Shown: one piece after another, positions 10,149 through 19,315 of the stretch
Layout: every line of letters begins with the position of its first letter
How positions within the stretch are numbered: the first letter of the stretch is position 1
Source: an uncultured Thermoplasmata archaeon
GTDB taxonomy: Archaea; Thermoplasmatota; Thermoplasmata; Halarchaeoplasmatales; Halarchaeoplasmataceae
Length of the DNA stretch: 64,000 nucleotides
Reading direction: 5' to 3'
Assembly: GCA_964462425.1 (NCBI GenBank)
Contig: CAYWYD010000002.1
Location: 18,756-82,755, forward strand
Made by a program: the position numbers and the translations under genes
The notes under the pieces: model-generated
What the model saw: the letters and a program-made list of their open reading frames with translations, nothing else
What the model was told of the DNA's origin: nothing
Database searches by the model: none

Positions 10149-10454
10149 TGACTGCCGACTGGGAGCGACTGAGGTCGATATAAAACCTTTATCTTTAAAA
10201 GCCTATATTTACTTAGGTGATTTTCTCACTGATCTAGTTAAGTTTGAATACCTCCGTTTATCAAAAAGATCCTTGAGCTGTCGATCTTTTATACTCTAGA
10301 AAAACTTTTTTATTGAACAAACAATTCAAACAAGCAGTGAGTAAGGATCACCAAAGAAGAGAAAGAAAAAAAAGGACACTCGAATAGCCTAGATCATACA
10401 GAGAAAGAAAAGGAAAGTCAAGACTCCGAAGAGGACGAGGATTTCGAGAAACGG

Positions 10455-12005
10455 ATGGAAAAGGCACTAGATGCTATTTCCAAAGGAGGTGTGATCGCTC
10501 TTGTAGGCGGGGTGATAGGAAGAGGTCTAGGGTTTTTGAACAGAGCGATGATAGCAAAATTCTTTGGACCCGCAGCTTTTGGCCTGTTCGTACTGGGACT
10601 GATGTGGGTGACGATCATAAGGACGTTATCCACAGGAGGGTTCGTTCCAGCTCTAAAAAAATTCGTACCTCTTCATCTTACCAACGATGACGGAAGAAAA
10701 GTCACAGATTCGATCTTTACCATATTCACGATCTCCCTCCTCATAAGCATAATAGGGGGAATACTACTTTTTACTTTTTCGAGATACATAGCGGTACAGA
10801 TCTTCGATAGCAAAAGTTTGATCCCCATCTTAAAAGTCATGGCTTTCGTTATCCCATTGCACACTTTATTTAGGTTGGTTCTACATCTTTATCTCGCATT
10901 TAAAGAGCCAAAATATAAAGTACTCTTCAAAGTAGGCATGTACGCTCTATTTTTACCCATAGTCATCTTCATAGTCTTCATCCAGGGGAGCGTGTTAGCT
11001 CTAACATTAGGACATCTAGTCAGGATACTGGCTATCCTGATAATCAGTCTTGTGATCTTTGAGAAAAAAGTCTATCCGATGTTCAAGAAAAAGATCAAGG
11101 CGGGCCGGAAGATCGATCTAAAGATCAAGAGTATCTTAGATTATTCCCTACCTCTGATGTTCTCCGCCGCCTTGATAATGATGATGGGGAAAGCGGACAC
11201 GTTCATGTTGGGGTATTTTAAGACTGAAGAAATCGTCGGGATATATAATCTGGTTTTACCTATAGCTTCACTTTTGACGATTTTTTTAGCTTCCATGAAC
11301 CAAGTCTTCTTCCCGGTCATCTCGTCACTTCATGCGGAAGAGAAATTTAGTGAACTAGCCTCGACTTTCAGCACCATAACGAGGTGGAATATCCTTTTAC
11401 TCATGCCGTTCTTTTTCTTCGTCGTGACTTTTTCCCGGCCACTTTTGGCGGCATTTTTTCCTCAATACGTCGACGGGTGGAGGACTTTGATCATCTTAGG
11501 CGTTGGATATATGAGCGGCAGTATCGTCGGCCCTGTCGGTAAAACGCTCAAAACCTATGGGAAGACGACCTTCATCTTCAAAATAAATTCACTCCTTCTG
11601 GTCCTCAACATCTCACTCAACCTTATTTTGATCCCTATCTGGGGTTTAGAGGGTGCCGCGGTGGCTACCGCTGTGGCCTATTCATTGAACAATATACTGG
11701 AGAGGTGGAAGGTTAGGGACCTGATATCCATCTCAACCAAGTTCTCCCTTCTCGGAAAATATACGGTCGCAGCTTTATTACCTGTCAGCTGGACTTATAC
11801 CGTGTTCTTTTTATTACCTTCGAGTTGGTGGCTTTTGATACTTCTATTGGGAGGCTTTTTAGTTTCGTACCTCCTCTTACTCATCCTTTTCAACTCTTTC
11901 TTAGAAGAGGACATCTACCTCTTTGAAATAGTGGAGATACTTCTGAGGAAATTGAAATTAAATATCGGGATCAAAAAGCTCTACCATCTGGGAAAGAAAA
12001 AATAA
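10455..12005 (+). CDS. Oligosaccharide/polysaccharide flippase (Wzx, MOP superfamily)
   Basis: 516 aa, about 14 TM. The N-terminal GGVIALVGGVIGRGLGFLNRAMIAKFFGPAAFG is typical of polysaccharide biosynthesis (Wzx) proteins. Confidence 0.7.
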   Translation: MEKALDAISKGGVIALVGGVIGRGLGFLNRAMIAKFFGPAAFGLFVLGLMWVTIIRTLSTGGFVPALKKFVPLHLTNDDGRKVTDSIFTIFTISLLISIIGGILLFTFSRYIAVQIFDSKSLIPILKVMAFVIPLHTLFRLVLHLYLAFKEPKYKVLFKVGMYALFLPIVIFIVFIQGSVLALTLGHLVRILAILIISLVIFEKKVYPMFKKKIKAGRKIDLKIKSILDYSLPLMFSAALIMMMGKADTFMLGYFKTEEIVGIYNLVLPIASLLTIFLASMNQVFFPVISSLHAEEKFSELASTFSTITRWNILLLMPFFFFVVTFSRPLLAAFFPQYVDGWRTLIILGVGYMSGSIVGPVGKTLKTYGKTTFIFKINSLLLVLNISLNLILIPIWGLEGAAVATAVAYSLNNILERWKVRDLISISTKFSLLGKYTVAALLPVSWTYTVFFLLPSSWWLLILLLGGFLVSYLLLLILFNSFLEEDIYLFEIVEILLRKLKLNIGIKKLYHLGKKK

Positions 12006-12030
12006 AACCACCGTTCTTTGTGTTGCTCTC

Positions 12031-12933
12031 TCAATAGTCGTAGGCGTCGTATAATCTTTTTTCGATCAGTTCATCCATGTATTTCATATCTTCCTCATCA
12101 CAATCGTCTCTGTATCCACCGACCTTACCTTTCCGAGTTTTGTATGACTGTTCGTCCTCTTTATCGGCTGGGCTCAATCTGTTCTTATCTGATTTATCTG
12201 ATTCAAATTCTTCCTCCTCCTCCATCTTCCTCATATTATCAAACGCGGCGTATTCACTCACGTATTCCACCAGCTCATCGTCGATATCATCGAAGCCGAT
12301 AAATCTCAAAGCCTTTTTCAGCTCGTCGAATCTATTTTCTTCATAGATCTCCGTGTGAAGATTTTCATATCTGATCTTCAAGAAGTCCTCGGGGACGTGT
12401 TTATTTTCCCACCAAACATTGTAGAATTTTATTATGCTCTTGAGGCTCCCCTCCTCCCGTTTTATAAAATCGCTTATCTCCATCTTTTCTATCAGGTCTC
12501 GCCTCTTCAAGAATTGGTAGTAAAGAGAGACAACCACATCTCTCGGGTCCCTGACCAGAAAGATGATCTTTTTATTTTTGTATTTGATCTTATCTTCTTC
12601 GATCTTATCCGGCTTTTTGAATTGGGGATCATCATCATGTGTGACCCTTATGTTAGGAACTTTTTTATCATAACTCGATAGAGGTCTAAGTTCAAGGATC
12701 TCTTCTTTTGAAGCATCATCCAATTCATAATATCTTTGGATATATTTCCCCATCATCAATCTTAACCAGGTCCTACCGCATTTGGGAAAAGAGATCATAC
12801 ATACGTCGGCTTTATGATGTAAGTACATCTCCGCGAGGGTGGAATAGACTCTCTCTACCCTATCGTACAGGTGATCATTTCTGTCTATCATCTTCTTCAT
12901 ATTTTCCTTGATCTCATAGAAAGCCCGGGTCAT
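12031..12933 (-). CDS. PAPS-dependent sulfotransferase (Sulfotransfer_1-like)
   Basis: SFPKCGRTWLRLMMG matches the 5'-PSB loop (PKxGTTW). FLVRDPRDVVVSLYYQ matches the 3'-PB motif (R-x-P-x-D-x-x-VS). Confidence 0.75.
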   Translation of the reverse strand: MTRAFYEIKENMKKMIDRNDHLYDRVERVYSTLAEMYLHHKADVCMISFPKCGRTWLRLMMGKYIQRYYELDDASKEEILELRPLSSYDKKVPNIRVTHDDDPQFKKPDKIEEDKIKYKNKKIIFLVRDPRDVVVSLYYQFLKRRDLIEKMEISDFIKREEGSLKSIIKFYNVWWENKHVPEDFLKIRYENLHTEIYEENRFDELKKALRFIGFDDIDDELVEYVSEYAAFDNMRKMEEEEEFESDKSDKNRLSPADKEDEQSYKTRKGKVGGYRDDCDEEDMKYMDELIEKRLYDAYDY

Positions 12934-12995
12934 TTTCTTGATCTCCTATTAACAGATATTCGTAGACAGTTTCCAAGCGGTTCTAGTAGAGTGAT

Positions 12996-13886
12996 TCAGA
13001 TACCAGCGGAGGATATAGCCTCTTTGATCATTTCTTTTTCTTCTTTTACCTCCACTTTTTTTCTTTTTTCATCCTCCATAATAAGCCACGGCACCTTAAT
13101 TAATTTTTCGTGATATATCCCTGAGGGATGACCGTATTCCTTGAAGGGAAATGGTGAAAGCCTTTCCCCGAATAGATTGCCGTGATCGGAGGATATGATC
13201 GTCTTTCCTTTCAGGATCTTCACTAAATCCTTGACATGTTCTAAAACGAGTTCCAAGTTCTCGAGATAGGCTTTCCAGATCGTAGATTCCTCGACTTCAC
13301 CTTCTCTCAACAAATTCCAGATCAGCTGGTCCGTGTGCTCGACTCTATCATCTGAAAGATAATTTTTTCTAGCATTCATCCCGTCGTGCTCTCCGATTTC
13401 CTTTCTACCCGTTTCACCGATGAAGGGATAATGAGGCTGGACATAGTGAGCTATCAATCTCTTGTGAGGAAATCTCTCATCTGTCTCTATCACCCGTTCA
13501 GTCATTTTTTCTGGAAGAACTGTGCCGTATTCCTCACACCAATCATCCAGCCATACCGGTATCACTTCATGAAATGATTCCTCTACATCCCTGTTTACTA
13601 AAGGATTGGCGGTAACATAAATCGTATCTTCGAATTTTTTGTCCTTGAAATTTCTGTCCAGAAACTCTTCCGTATCAGCTCCTTTAGAATAGATATATTC
13701 CAATCTTCCCTCGAGATCGTTTATCCTCTTGAAAGCATCATACCTACACCCGTCCAACAGGATCAAGTTGTCCCAGTCTTTTTCCATGATGGAGGAATAC
13801 TCATCTTTTCTCTCGCCCTTGTAGAAGTATCTCAGCGTTTTAATTTTTGCATCCGTGATCAATTTTTTTATTCTGTAATTCATCAT
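12996..13886 (-). CDS. Small soluble alkaline-phosphatase-superfamily protein, paralog 3
   Basis: DWDNLILLDGCRYDAFKR, HYVQPHYPFI, SSDHGNLFGE...YGH and WCEEYGTVLPEKMTE are shared with paralogs 1 and 2. The ATG at 13886 overlaps the stop of the upstream GT4 (ATGA). The tracked ORF extends to 13913. Confidence 0.5.
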   Translation of the reverse strand: MMNYRIKKLITDAKIKTLRYFYKGERKDEYSSIMEKDWDNLILLDGCRYDAFKRINDLEGRLEYIYSKGADTEEFLDRNFKDKKFEDTIYVTANPLVNRDVEESFHEVIPVWLDDWCEEYGTVLPEKMTERVIETDERFPHKRLIAHYVQPHYPFIGETGRKEIGEHDGMNARKNYLSDDRVEHTDQLIWNLLREGEVEESTIWKAYLENLELVLEHVKDLVKILKGKTIISSDHGNLFGERLSPFPFKEYGHPSGIYHEKLIKVPWLIMEDEKRKKVEVKEEKEMIKEAISSAGI

Positions 13887-15061
13887 ATCCTCTGATCTAT
13901 CAATCTGATCCATCTTGGAACTATCTTTTTCGCTTCAAAATCTTCGACTCTTTTCGATCCTTTAGAGTACCGTCTTCTCAGTTTTTCATCCTCTTTTACC
14001 TCCGCCATCAACTTGAAGAGTTTATTTTCTTCTTCTGATAAGGATTTTTCCTCTAAAGTTTTAAAAACTCTCATACTATCAAAAGGTTTCGTCAAGATCC
14101 CGTAGTCTCCGAGATAGGGATATTCGACTTCTTCACCGGCTTTCAGACCAGGACAGAGGATCTCTCTCGGACCGGAAATACAGTCTGTGGAGATCACCGG
14201 GAGGTCCTGGGAAAGAGCTTCTACGAGGACGTTCGGGAAACCCTCGAATAACGAAGTCAGAATGAAACAGTCGGATCGCTTCAAGTAGGGAAAAACATTT
14301 TCGACCTCCCCCAAAAACATCACCTTTTGCTCGAGCCTCATCTTTTTTACAAAGGCTTTCAACTTTCTCTCTAAAGGACCCTTTCCCAAAACGATGAGTA
14401 TCGAATCTTTTTCGACTTTAGAGAGCCGTTTAAAACTTCTTATCAGATGCCACTGGGCCTTCTGTTCCGTTAAAGAACCTATCGTTATGAAGACGAAATC
14501 ATCATCAAAGATATCCTCGTGTTCTTTTAAAACATCCTCTTTTCTACGTTCTTTGAATTTCTGTAGGTCGGCTATATTCGGGATAACGGTCGTGTTCTGG
14601 ATGGAGAACTGTTCATCCAATATATTTTCTATACCGGCGGTCTGAACGACGACCTCGTCTGCCTTTGGATACAGCATCTTTATCAATCTTTGATGTCTTT
14701 TTTTGTTTCTCTGAACAGGATTATTTCTCACTGAGACGACGATCTTAGCTTCGTTCCTGAGCAGTATCTTGCTCAAAATCGATTGCACGTTCATCCTGGT
14801 CAAAAAAGAGAACACCGTATCGATGTCCCTTTCTTTACAAACGTTTTTGATCTCCCTGGCCCCATCTATCAGGTGGATGAAATCACTCAAAGGATTTTTT
14901 TTCTCTTCGTGCTCCAAACAGATATGTTCTCCTTCATAATCATAGGTGGGTCTCTTGTCGTAAAATGTCAGAAACGTAACATCATAGCCCTTTTTATAAA
15001 GACTAGAACCTAATTCCACCGCATTTCTCTGGGCCCCTCCTCCGATCTTGAGACTAGACAC
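13883..15061 (-). CDS. Glycosyltransferase family 4 (GT-B); 5' end unresolved
   Basis: SSLKIGGGAQRNAVELGSSL is the Gly-rich N-terminal loop. The C-terminal block is EGFPNVLVEALSQDLPVI. The first canonical start (GTG 15061) lies after the conserved beta-1 strand (see finding). Confidence 0.7.
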   Translation of the reverse strand: MSSLKIGGGAQRNAVELGSSLYKKGYDVTFLTFYDKRPTYDYEGEHICLEHEEKKNPLSDFIHLIDGAREIKNVCKERDIDTVFSFLTRMNVQSILSKILLRNEAKIVVSVRNNPVQRNKKRHQRLIKMLYPKADEVVVQTAGIENILDEQFSIQNTTVIPNIADLQKFKERRKEDVLKEHEDIFDDDFVFITIGSLTEQKAQWHLIRSFKRLSKVEKDSILIVLGKGPLERKLKAFVKKMRLEQKVMFLGEVENVFPYLKRSDCFILTSLFEGFPNVLVEALSQDLPVISTDCISGPREILCPGLKAGEEVEYPYLGDYGILTKPFDSMRVFKTLEEKSLSEEENKLFKLMAEVKEDEKLRRRYSKGSKRVEDFEAKKIVPRWIRLIDQRI

Positions 15062-15153
15062 GACGATGAGGATGTTTTCTTCCCGTTTTGGGTCATCTAG
15101 AACTTCATCTTCGGATTTTTTTTCGATCCTTTACACCTCTTCTCTCTCCTTCA

Positions 15154-16434
15154 TCAACTATCTAGATATTCTTCATAAGAGCTCAATATCTTATCTACGA
15201 CCTTACCTTTTGATAACTTTTTTCTATAGAACTCCTCCATGTTCTTCCCCATCGCCTCTCTTTTATTATCGTTTTCTATCAGGTATCCCAGCTTTTCTTT
15301 TAGATCGTCACTGTCCGTTTTTACGAGCAGCCCGTTGTATTCATGTTTCACAACTTCGCGACTTCCACCAACATCTGTCGCGATGATCGGCTTCCCAAAG
15401 TGTGCCGCTTCTAAAAGAACTCTAGAGAGGGGTTCGGGCCAGACGGAGGGCACCACGACGATATCCGATCGTTCGTATATGTATGATATGTTTCCGTGAT
15501 CCACCTTACCTAAAAATATGACATTCGAGTTGGACCCCCTCAGCTCCTCCAATTTTTTTCTCTCCGGGCCGTCACCGACTATTATGAGTTGAGCTTTAGT
15601 TTCTAAGTCGTCAAAAGCTCGGATCAATAAGTCGACGCCTTTGATCTTGGTCAAAGCTCCTATGTAAGTGACGAGAGGGCCATCATCAGGAAGGTCTATC
15701 TGTCCGGATGACTTTTCTATCTTCGGTATGTTGACCACCTTTGTGATTGCAGCTTGATCGACGCCCGCTTTGATCAACCGTCGGTTGATGAATTCACTCA
15801 GACTGAAAAAATGATCTACGTACTCTAAGCTCTTATTCCTTTTTTTGTAATCGAAGTAGAGAGGTGTCCAAAACATAGGATTGTACTTCAAAAGAGCGTT
15901 CAGCTTCTGATTTCCCACGTACTCCGAGTTGGTTATGCAGCCGAGAAATTTGGTAAAGCTGCAGCCTCCGCATACGGATTCCTCTTTGTAGAACAGGTTT
16001 CCCTTCGGACAGAAGTTGATGTATGAATTGATAGTCGCGAAAGTGGGTTTATCCGTTGATACATCAGTGATACTAGTGATGTTAAAAAAGTGGATCAGAT
16101 CATGATCATGGGAGATTTCCTCGAGTTCTTTCTTAACGGACCTTTTGAACAACACTCTTCTTTTGAGGTTGCTCTTCAAAGAACTTCTATCTTTTCCGGT
16201 TCTCAACCTCCGGATGATCTTCACACCGTTTCTTTTTTCCTTCTCTTTTTCGCCTTCAACTTCAGAAGTCAAAACAGTTACTTCGACCTCGTCTCTTTCC
16301 GCCAATGCTTGAGCCAAAAGAGCGCAGGAAATCTCACCTCCACCGTAGCTTTTAGGAGGATAGGATTCCGTAACTATCAGTATTTTTAAATTTTTTCTTT
16401 CCTCAATCGGAGTGTGACTCATCTCCATAGACAT
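15154..16434 (-). CDS. Glycosyltransferase family 4 (GT-B) with Cys-rich insertion
   Basis: KILIVTESYPPKSYGGGEIS is the N-terminus, and EPLSRVLLEAAHFGKPIIATDVGG is the C-terminal GT1/GT4 block. The insert is CPKGNLFYKEESVCGGCSFTKFLGC. Confidence 0.75.
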   Translation of the reverse strand: MSMEMSHTPIEERKNLKILIVTESYPPKSYGGGEISCALLAQALAERDEVEVTVLTSEVEGEKEKEKRNGVKIIRRLRTGKDRSSLKSNLKRRVLFKRSVKKELEEISHDHDLIHFFNITSITDVSTDKPTFATINSYINFCPKGNLFYKEESVCGGCSFTKFLGCITNSEYVGNQKLNALLKYNPMFWTPLYFDYKKRNKSLEYVDHFFSLSEFINRRLIKAGVDQAAITKVVNIPKIEKSSGQIDLPDDGPLVTYIGALTKIKGVDLLIRAFDDLETKAQLIIVGDGPERKKLEELRGSNSNVIFLGKVDHGNISYIYERSDIVVVPSVWPEPLSRVLLEAAHFGKPIIATDVGGSREVVKHEYNGLLVKTDSDDLKEKLGYLIENDNKREAMGKNMEEFYRKKLSKGKVVDKILSSYEEYLDS

Positions 16435-16453
16435 GAGGACTATATTATTTAAA

Positions 16454-17581
16454 TCAATCCAACTCTTCCACTGTTTTCTCGATTATGTCCATGGCTCTCT
16501 TTATGTTGTCTATGGAGTTGGCATATGATAATCTTATATGTCCCTCTCCAGCGGATCCAAAGGCGGTTCCTGGTGTAACTAAAGCTCCGTTCTCCATTAT
16601 CTTTTCCGTGAGTTCTTCACCTGTCATATCGAAGTCAAAGGACGGGAAGGCGTAAAAGGCACCTTTCGGCTCGAGGCATTCGAATCCACGTATGTCGTTA
16701 AGTCTCTCAACGATCACGTCTCTCCTTTTTCTGAAGGTTTCCTTCATCTCTTTAACAAACTCGTCCTCGTACCTCAAAGCATGGAGCACGGCGTGCTGCG
16801 TGGGATGAGCAGGATTGGCTATATTGTAATAATTGACCTTTCCCAACTCCTCTATCCACTCGTTTTTGGTTATTATGAAACCGACCCGCCAGCCGGTCAT
16901 CGCAAATCGTTTCGAAAAAGAACTCACCATTATGGCTTTTTCGTATTTACCCAAGAAAGACTCGTGTTCCTTTCCATAGGTGAGATGATCGTAAACCTCG
17001 TCCGAGATGATAACTATGTCGTTCTCTCTAGCCCATTCCACTATATCTTCTATCGCGCTTTTTGGAAACACACCTCCACAGGGATTCGAAGGTGAATTTA
17101 CTATGATCGCTTTAGTTTTAGAAGTCCTTCTTTCTTCGAGGTCTTCGACCTGCGGAACGAAGTCGTTCTCCTGTTTAACGGGATAAGTAACGGGTACGCC
17201 GCCGGCGAGTTTCACTTGAGGTTCGAAGAGCACAAAGCCAGGATTCGGGCAGAGGATCTCCACGTGATCGTCGACGATGGATTCAGTGATTATCTTGAAG
17301 GCCTGCGTGGCGCCTACGTGGATGAGAACATTCTCTTTAGTCAATCTAGGCTCGTACTTAGAATATTCGTCGGCGATCTCGACCCTCAGCTTTTCTATAC
17401 CGTAAGTCGAGCCGTAACCGTTGTGACCGTTCCGCATCGCTTGATAATATGCCTCTATCGTCTCCTTAGGAGGATCAAAATCGGGCTGCCCGATCCCAAG
17501 ATTTATAGTGCTTTCATCGGCCATCTCGAAGTATTTTCTTATGCCGCTTAATTCTATTTCATTTACTCTCTCAGAAAACAT
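16454..17581 (-). CDS. Class I/II PLP-dependent aminotransferase (aspartate aminotransferase-like)
   Basis: 375 aa. SFSKRFAMTGWRVGF is the PLP-lysine motif (S-x-S-K-x-x-x-M-x-G-x-R-x-G), preceded by NPSNPCGG. Confidence 0.75.
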   Translation of the reverse strand: MFSERVNEIELSGIRKYFEMADESTINLGIGQPDFDPPKETIEAYYQAMRNGHNGYGSTYGIEKLRVEIADEYSKYEPRLTKENVLIHVGATQAFKIITESIVDDHVEILCPNPGFVLFEPQVKLAGGVPVTYPVKQENDFVPQVEDLEERRTSKTKAIIVNSPSNPCGGVFPKSAIEDIVEWARENDIVIISDEVYDHLTYGKEHESFLGKYEKAIMVSSFSKRFAMTGWRVGFIITKNEWIEELGKVNYYNIANPAHPTQHAVLHALRYEDEFVKEMKETFRKRRDVIVERLNDIRGFECLEPKGAFYAFPSFDFDMTGEELTEKIMENGALVTPGTAFGSAGEGHIRLSYANSIDNIKRAMDIIEKTVEELD

Positions 17582-17636
17582 CTTTTTTTCCTCTCTATGT
17601 TTTATATATTTTATTTTTCATTATAAAATACCATCT

Positions 17637-18605
17637 TCAATCTAGCACTTCCGGATTGACTATATGTTCCGGTTCTCTACCTTCTAAAATATCGATCAGG
17701 TTTTCGGCGGCCATAGTGGCCATCCCCTCTCTAGCTTTGAAAGTGGCGCTGCCCAGATGAGGGGTGAGGACAGCATTATCTAGATCATAGTATCCGGGGT
17801 TAGCTCCTTTGGGTTCGTCCGCGTAAACATCAACGCCAGCCCCGGCTATTTTGTCCTCTTCCAATGCTTCTATCAGCGCTTTCTCGTCGACGACTTCTCC
17901 TCTTGCAGTATTTATTAGATAAGCGCTCTCCTTCATCTCATTCAGTTCATCCTCGCCTATCATCTTCTTGGTCTCTTCGTTGAGTGGTACATGGAGAGAA
18001 AGGAAATCGGCCCTCGATAGAAGCGTGTCTAGGTCAACATATTCAGCGCCGGTTTCACTTTCCACTTCTTCCTTTCTACTCCTGTTGTAATAAAGGATAT
18101 CCATGTCAAAACCTTGACTCATCTCCGCGACTTTGCTGCCTATATTGCCCATTCCGATTATTCCTAATGTTTTTCCATAAAGTTCGTGCCCCAGCATCAA
18201 TGTCGGGTCCCAGCCTTCAAACCTGTCCTTTCTAACGAACTTGTCTCCTTCCGCGACGTTCCTCGCTACCGCGAACATCAAGGAGAACGCTATCTCGGCG
18301 GTGGCTTCGGTCAAGACTCCCGGTGTGTTAGTGACCGCTATGCCTCTTTTAGAGGCTACCTCGACATCTATATTATCGTAACCTACGGCGTAATTCGAGA
18401 TCACTTTTAATTCGTCTCCGGCATCGATCACGTTCTCGTCGATAGTGTCAGTCAATAAACAGAGAACAGCGTCCTTTCCTTTCACTCTCTCTACGAGCTC
18501 CGGCTTGGTCAAATTTCTAGATTTTTGACTCACCTCGAGATCATATCTACCTTCTAGCTTATCTAATCCGACCTCGGGGATCCTTCTGGTGACCAAGACG
18601 TTCAT
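17637..18605 (-). CDS. gyaR: D-isomer-specific 2-hydroxyacid dehydrogenase, glyoxylate reductase-like
   Basis: 322 aa. Contains NYAVGYDNIDV, the NAD-binding loop GIIGMGNIGSKVA and TPHLGSAT. It is collinear with what I recall of archaeal glyoxylate reductases. Confidence 0.7.
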   Translation of the reverse strand: MNVLVTRRIPEVGLDKLEGRYDLEVSQKSRNLTKPELVERVKGKDAVLCLLTDTIDENVIDAGDELKVISNYAVGYDNIDVEVASKRGIAVTNTPGVLTEATAEIAFSLMFAVARNVAEGDKFVRKDRFEGWDPTLMLGHELYGKTLGIIGMGNIGSKVAEMSQGFDMDILYYNRSRKEEVESETGAEYVDLDTLLSRADFLSLHVPLNEETKKMIGEDELNEMKESAYLINTARGEVVDEKALIEALEEDKIAGAGVDVYADEPKGANPGYYDLDNAVLTPHLGSATFKAREGMATMAAENLIDILEGREPEHIVNPEVLD

Positions 18606-18747
18606 CGTCTCGAGCAGACCATAAAATTATCGATATATCTATTTTTGGTTTGTACGGATGCGCAGGCGTTCAATTTTTACACTCCGTCCTATCGGTATGG
18701 TTTAAATCTTTTTTTGAACCCTTAAATCCCTTGAGACCATGAACAGA

Positions 18748-18755
18748 TTTAAATA
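18748..18755 (+). promoter_or_regulatory. TATA-box-like element upstream of tRNA-Lys
   Basis: TTTAAATA lies about 48 nt upstream of the mature tRNA 5' end, which would imply a leader of about 20 nt. Confidence 0.3.
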
Positions 18756-18802
18756 GGTGCTGATATTAAGTCGGTATCTGCTGTTTAGAATGAGCTGTTC
18801 AT

Positions 18803-18936
18803 GGGCCTGTAGCTCAGCCAGGCAGGAAAGAGGGTAGAACTCTTTCCCTGGATAGAGCATCTGGCTTTTAACCAGGTGGCCTGGGGTTCGAAAATCGATC
18901 ATCGAAAGGTGATTATCGAAAATCCCCACAGGCCCG
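18803..18936 (+). tRNA. tRNA-Lys(UUU) interrupted by two non-canonical introns (D-loop and T-loop)
   Basis: Acceptor stem GGGCCTG/CAGGCCC, D stem GCTC/GAGC, anticodon stem TCTGG/CCAGG with loop CTTTTAA (anticodon 18867-18869), and T stem TGGGG/CCCCA. The 134-nt gene reduces to about 75 nt after removing about 29 nt (approx. 18823-18851) and about 30 nt (approx. 18893-18922). Confidence 0.8.
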
Positions 18937-19015
18937 TCGAATCCCTTCCCGGCAAGGGAAAAGTTAATAGGATGCTAGATATGAATGTGAAAAGAATATC
19001 TACGGGGTATCAAAG

Positions 19016-19288
19016 ATGGGTAACACGAAAAAGGACGAAATAGAGGTATTGAAGCACGGGTTGGTCCCCGAACATAGGCTTTTATCAGAGGAAGAAGCGA
19101 AGGATGTTCTAGAGGATTTAGAGATAAAAAAAGAGAACCTTCCGAAGATACTAAAATCGGATCCCGCTATAAGACATCTCGAAAAAGTTCACGGAGATAT
19201 CGAAGTGGGCAGAGTAATCGAGATCAAAAGGAAGAGTAGAACAGCCGGTATGGCAACTGCTTATCGTTTAGTGGTTAAAAGAGAGTAA
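19016..19288 (+). CDS. rpoH: DNA-directed RNA polymerase subunit H (Rpo5)
   Basis: 90 aa. Contains HGLVPEHRLLSEEEAKDVLEDL and RKSRTAGMATAYRLVV, and holds first position in the rpo operon. Confidence 0.9.
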   Translation: MGNTKKDEIEVLKHGLVPEHRLLSEEEAKDVLEDLEIKKENLPKILKSDPAIRHLEKVHGDIEVGRVIEIKRKSRTAGMATAYRLVVKRE

Positions 19289-19315
19289 ATGTGATATTTA
19301 AAGGGGTATAAAAAT

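Noticed and set aside
18702-18929. 75-aa minus-strand ORF from the track.
   Set aside because: It lies entirely antisense to the tRNA-Lys gene and its promoter region, and its sequence shows no protein-like features.
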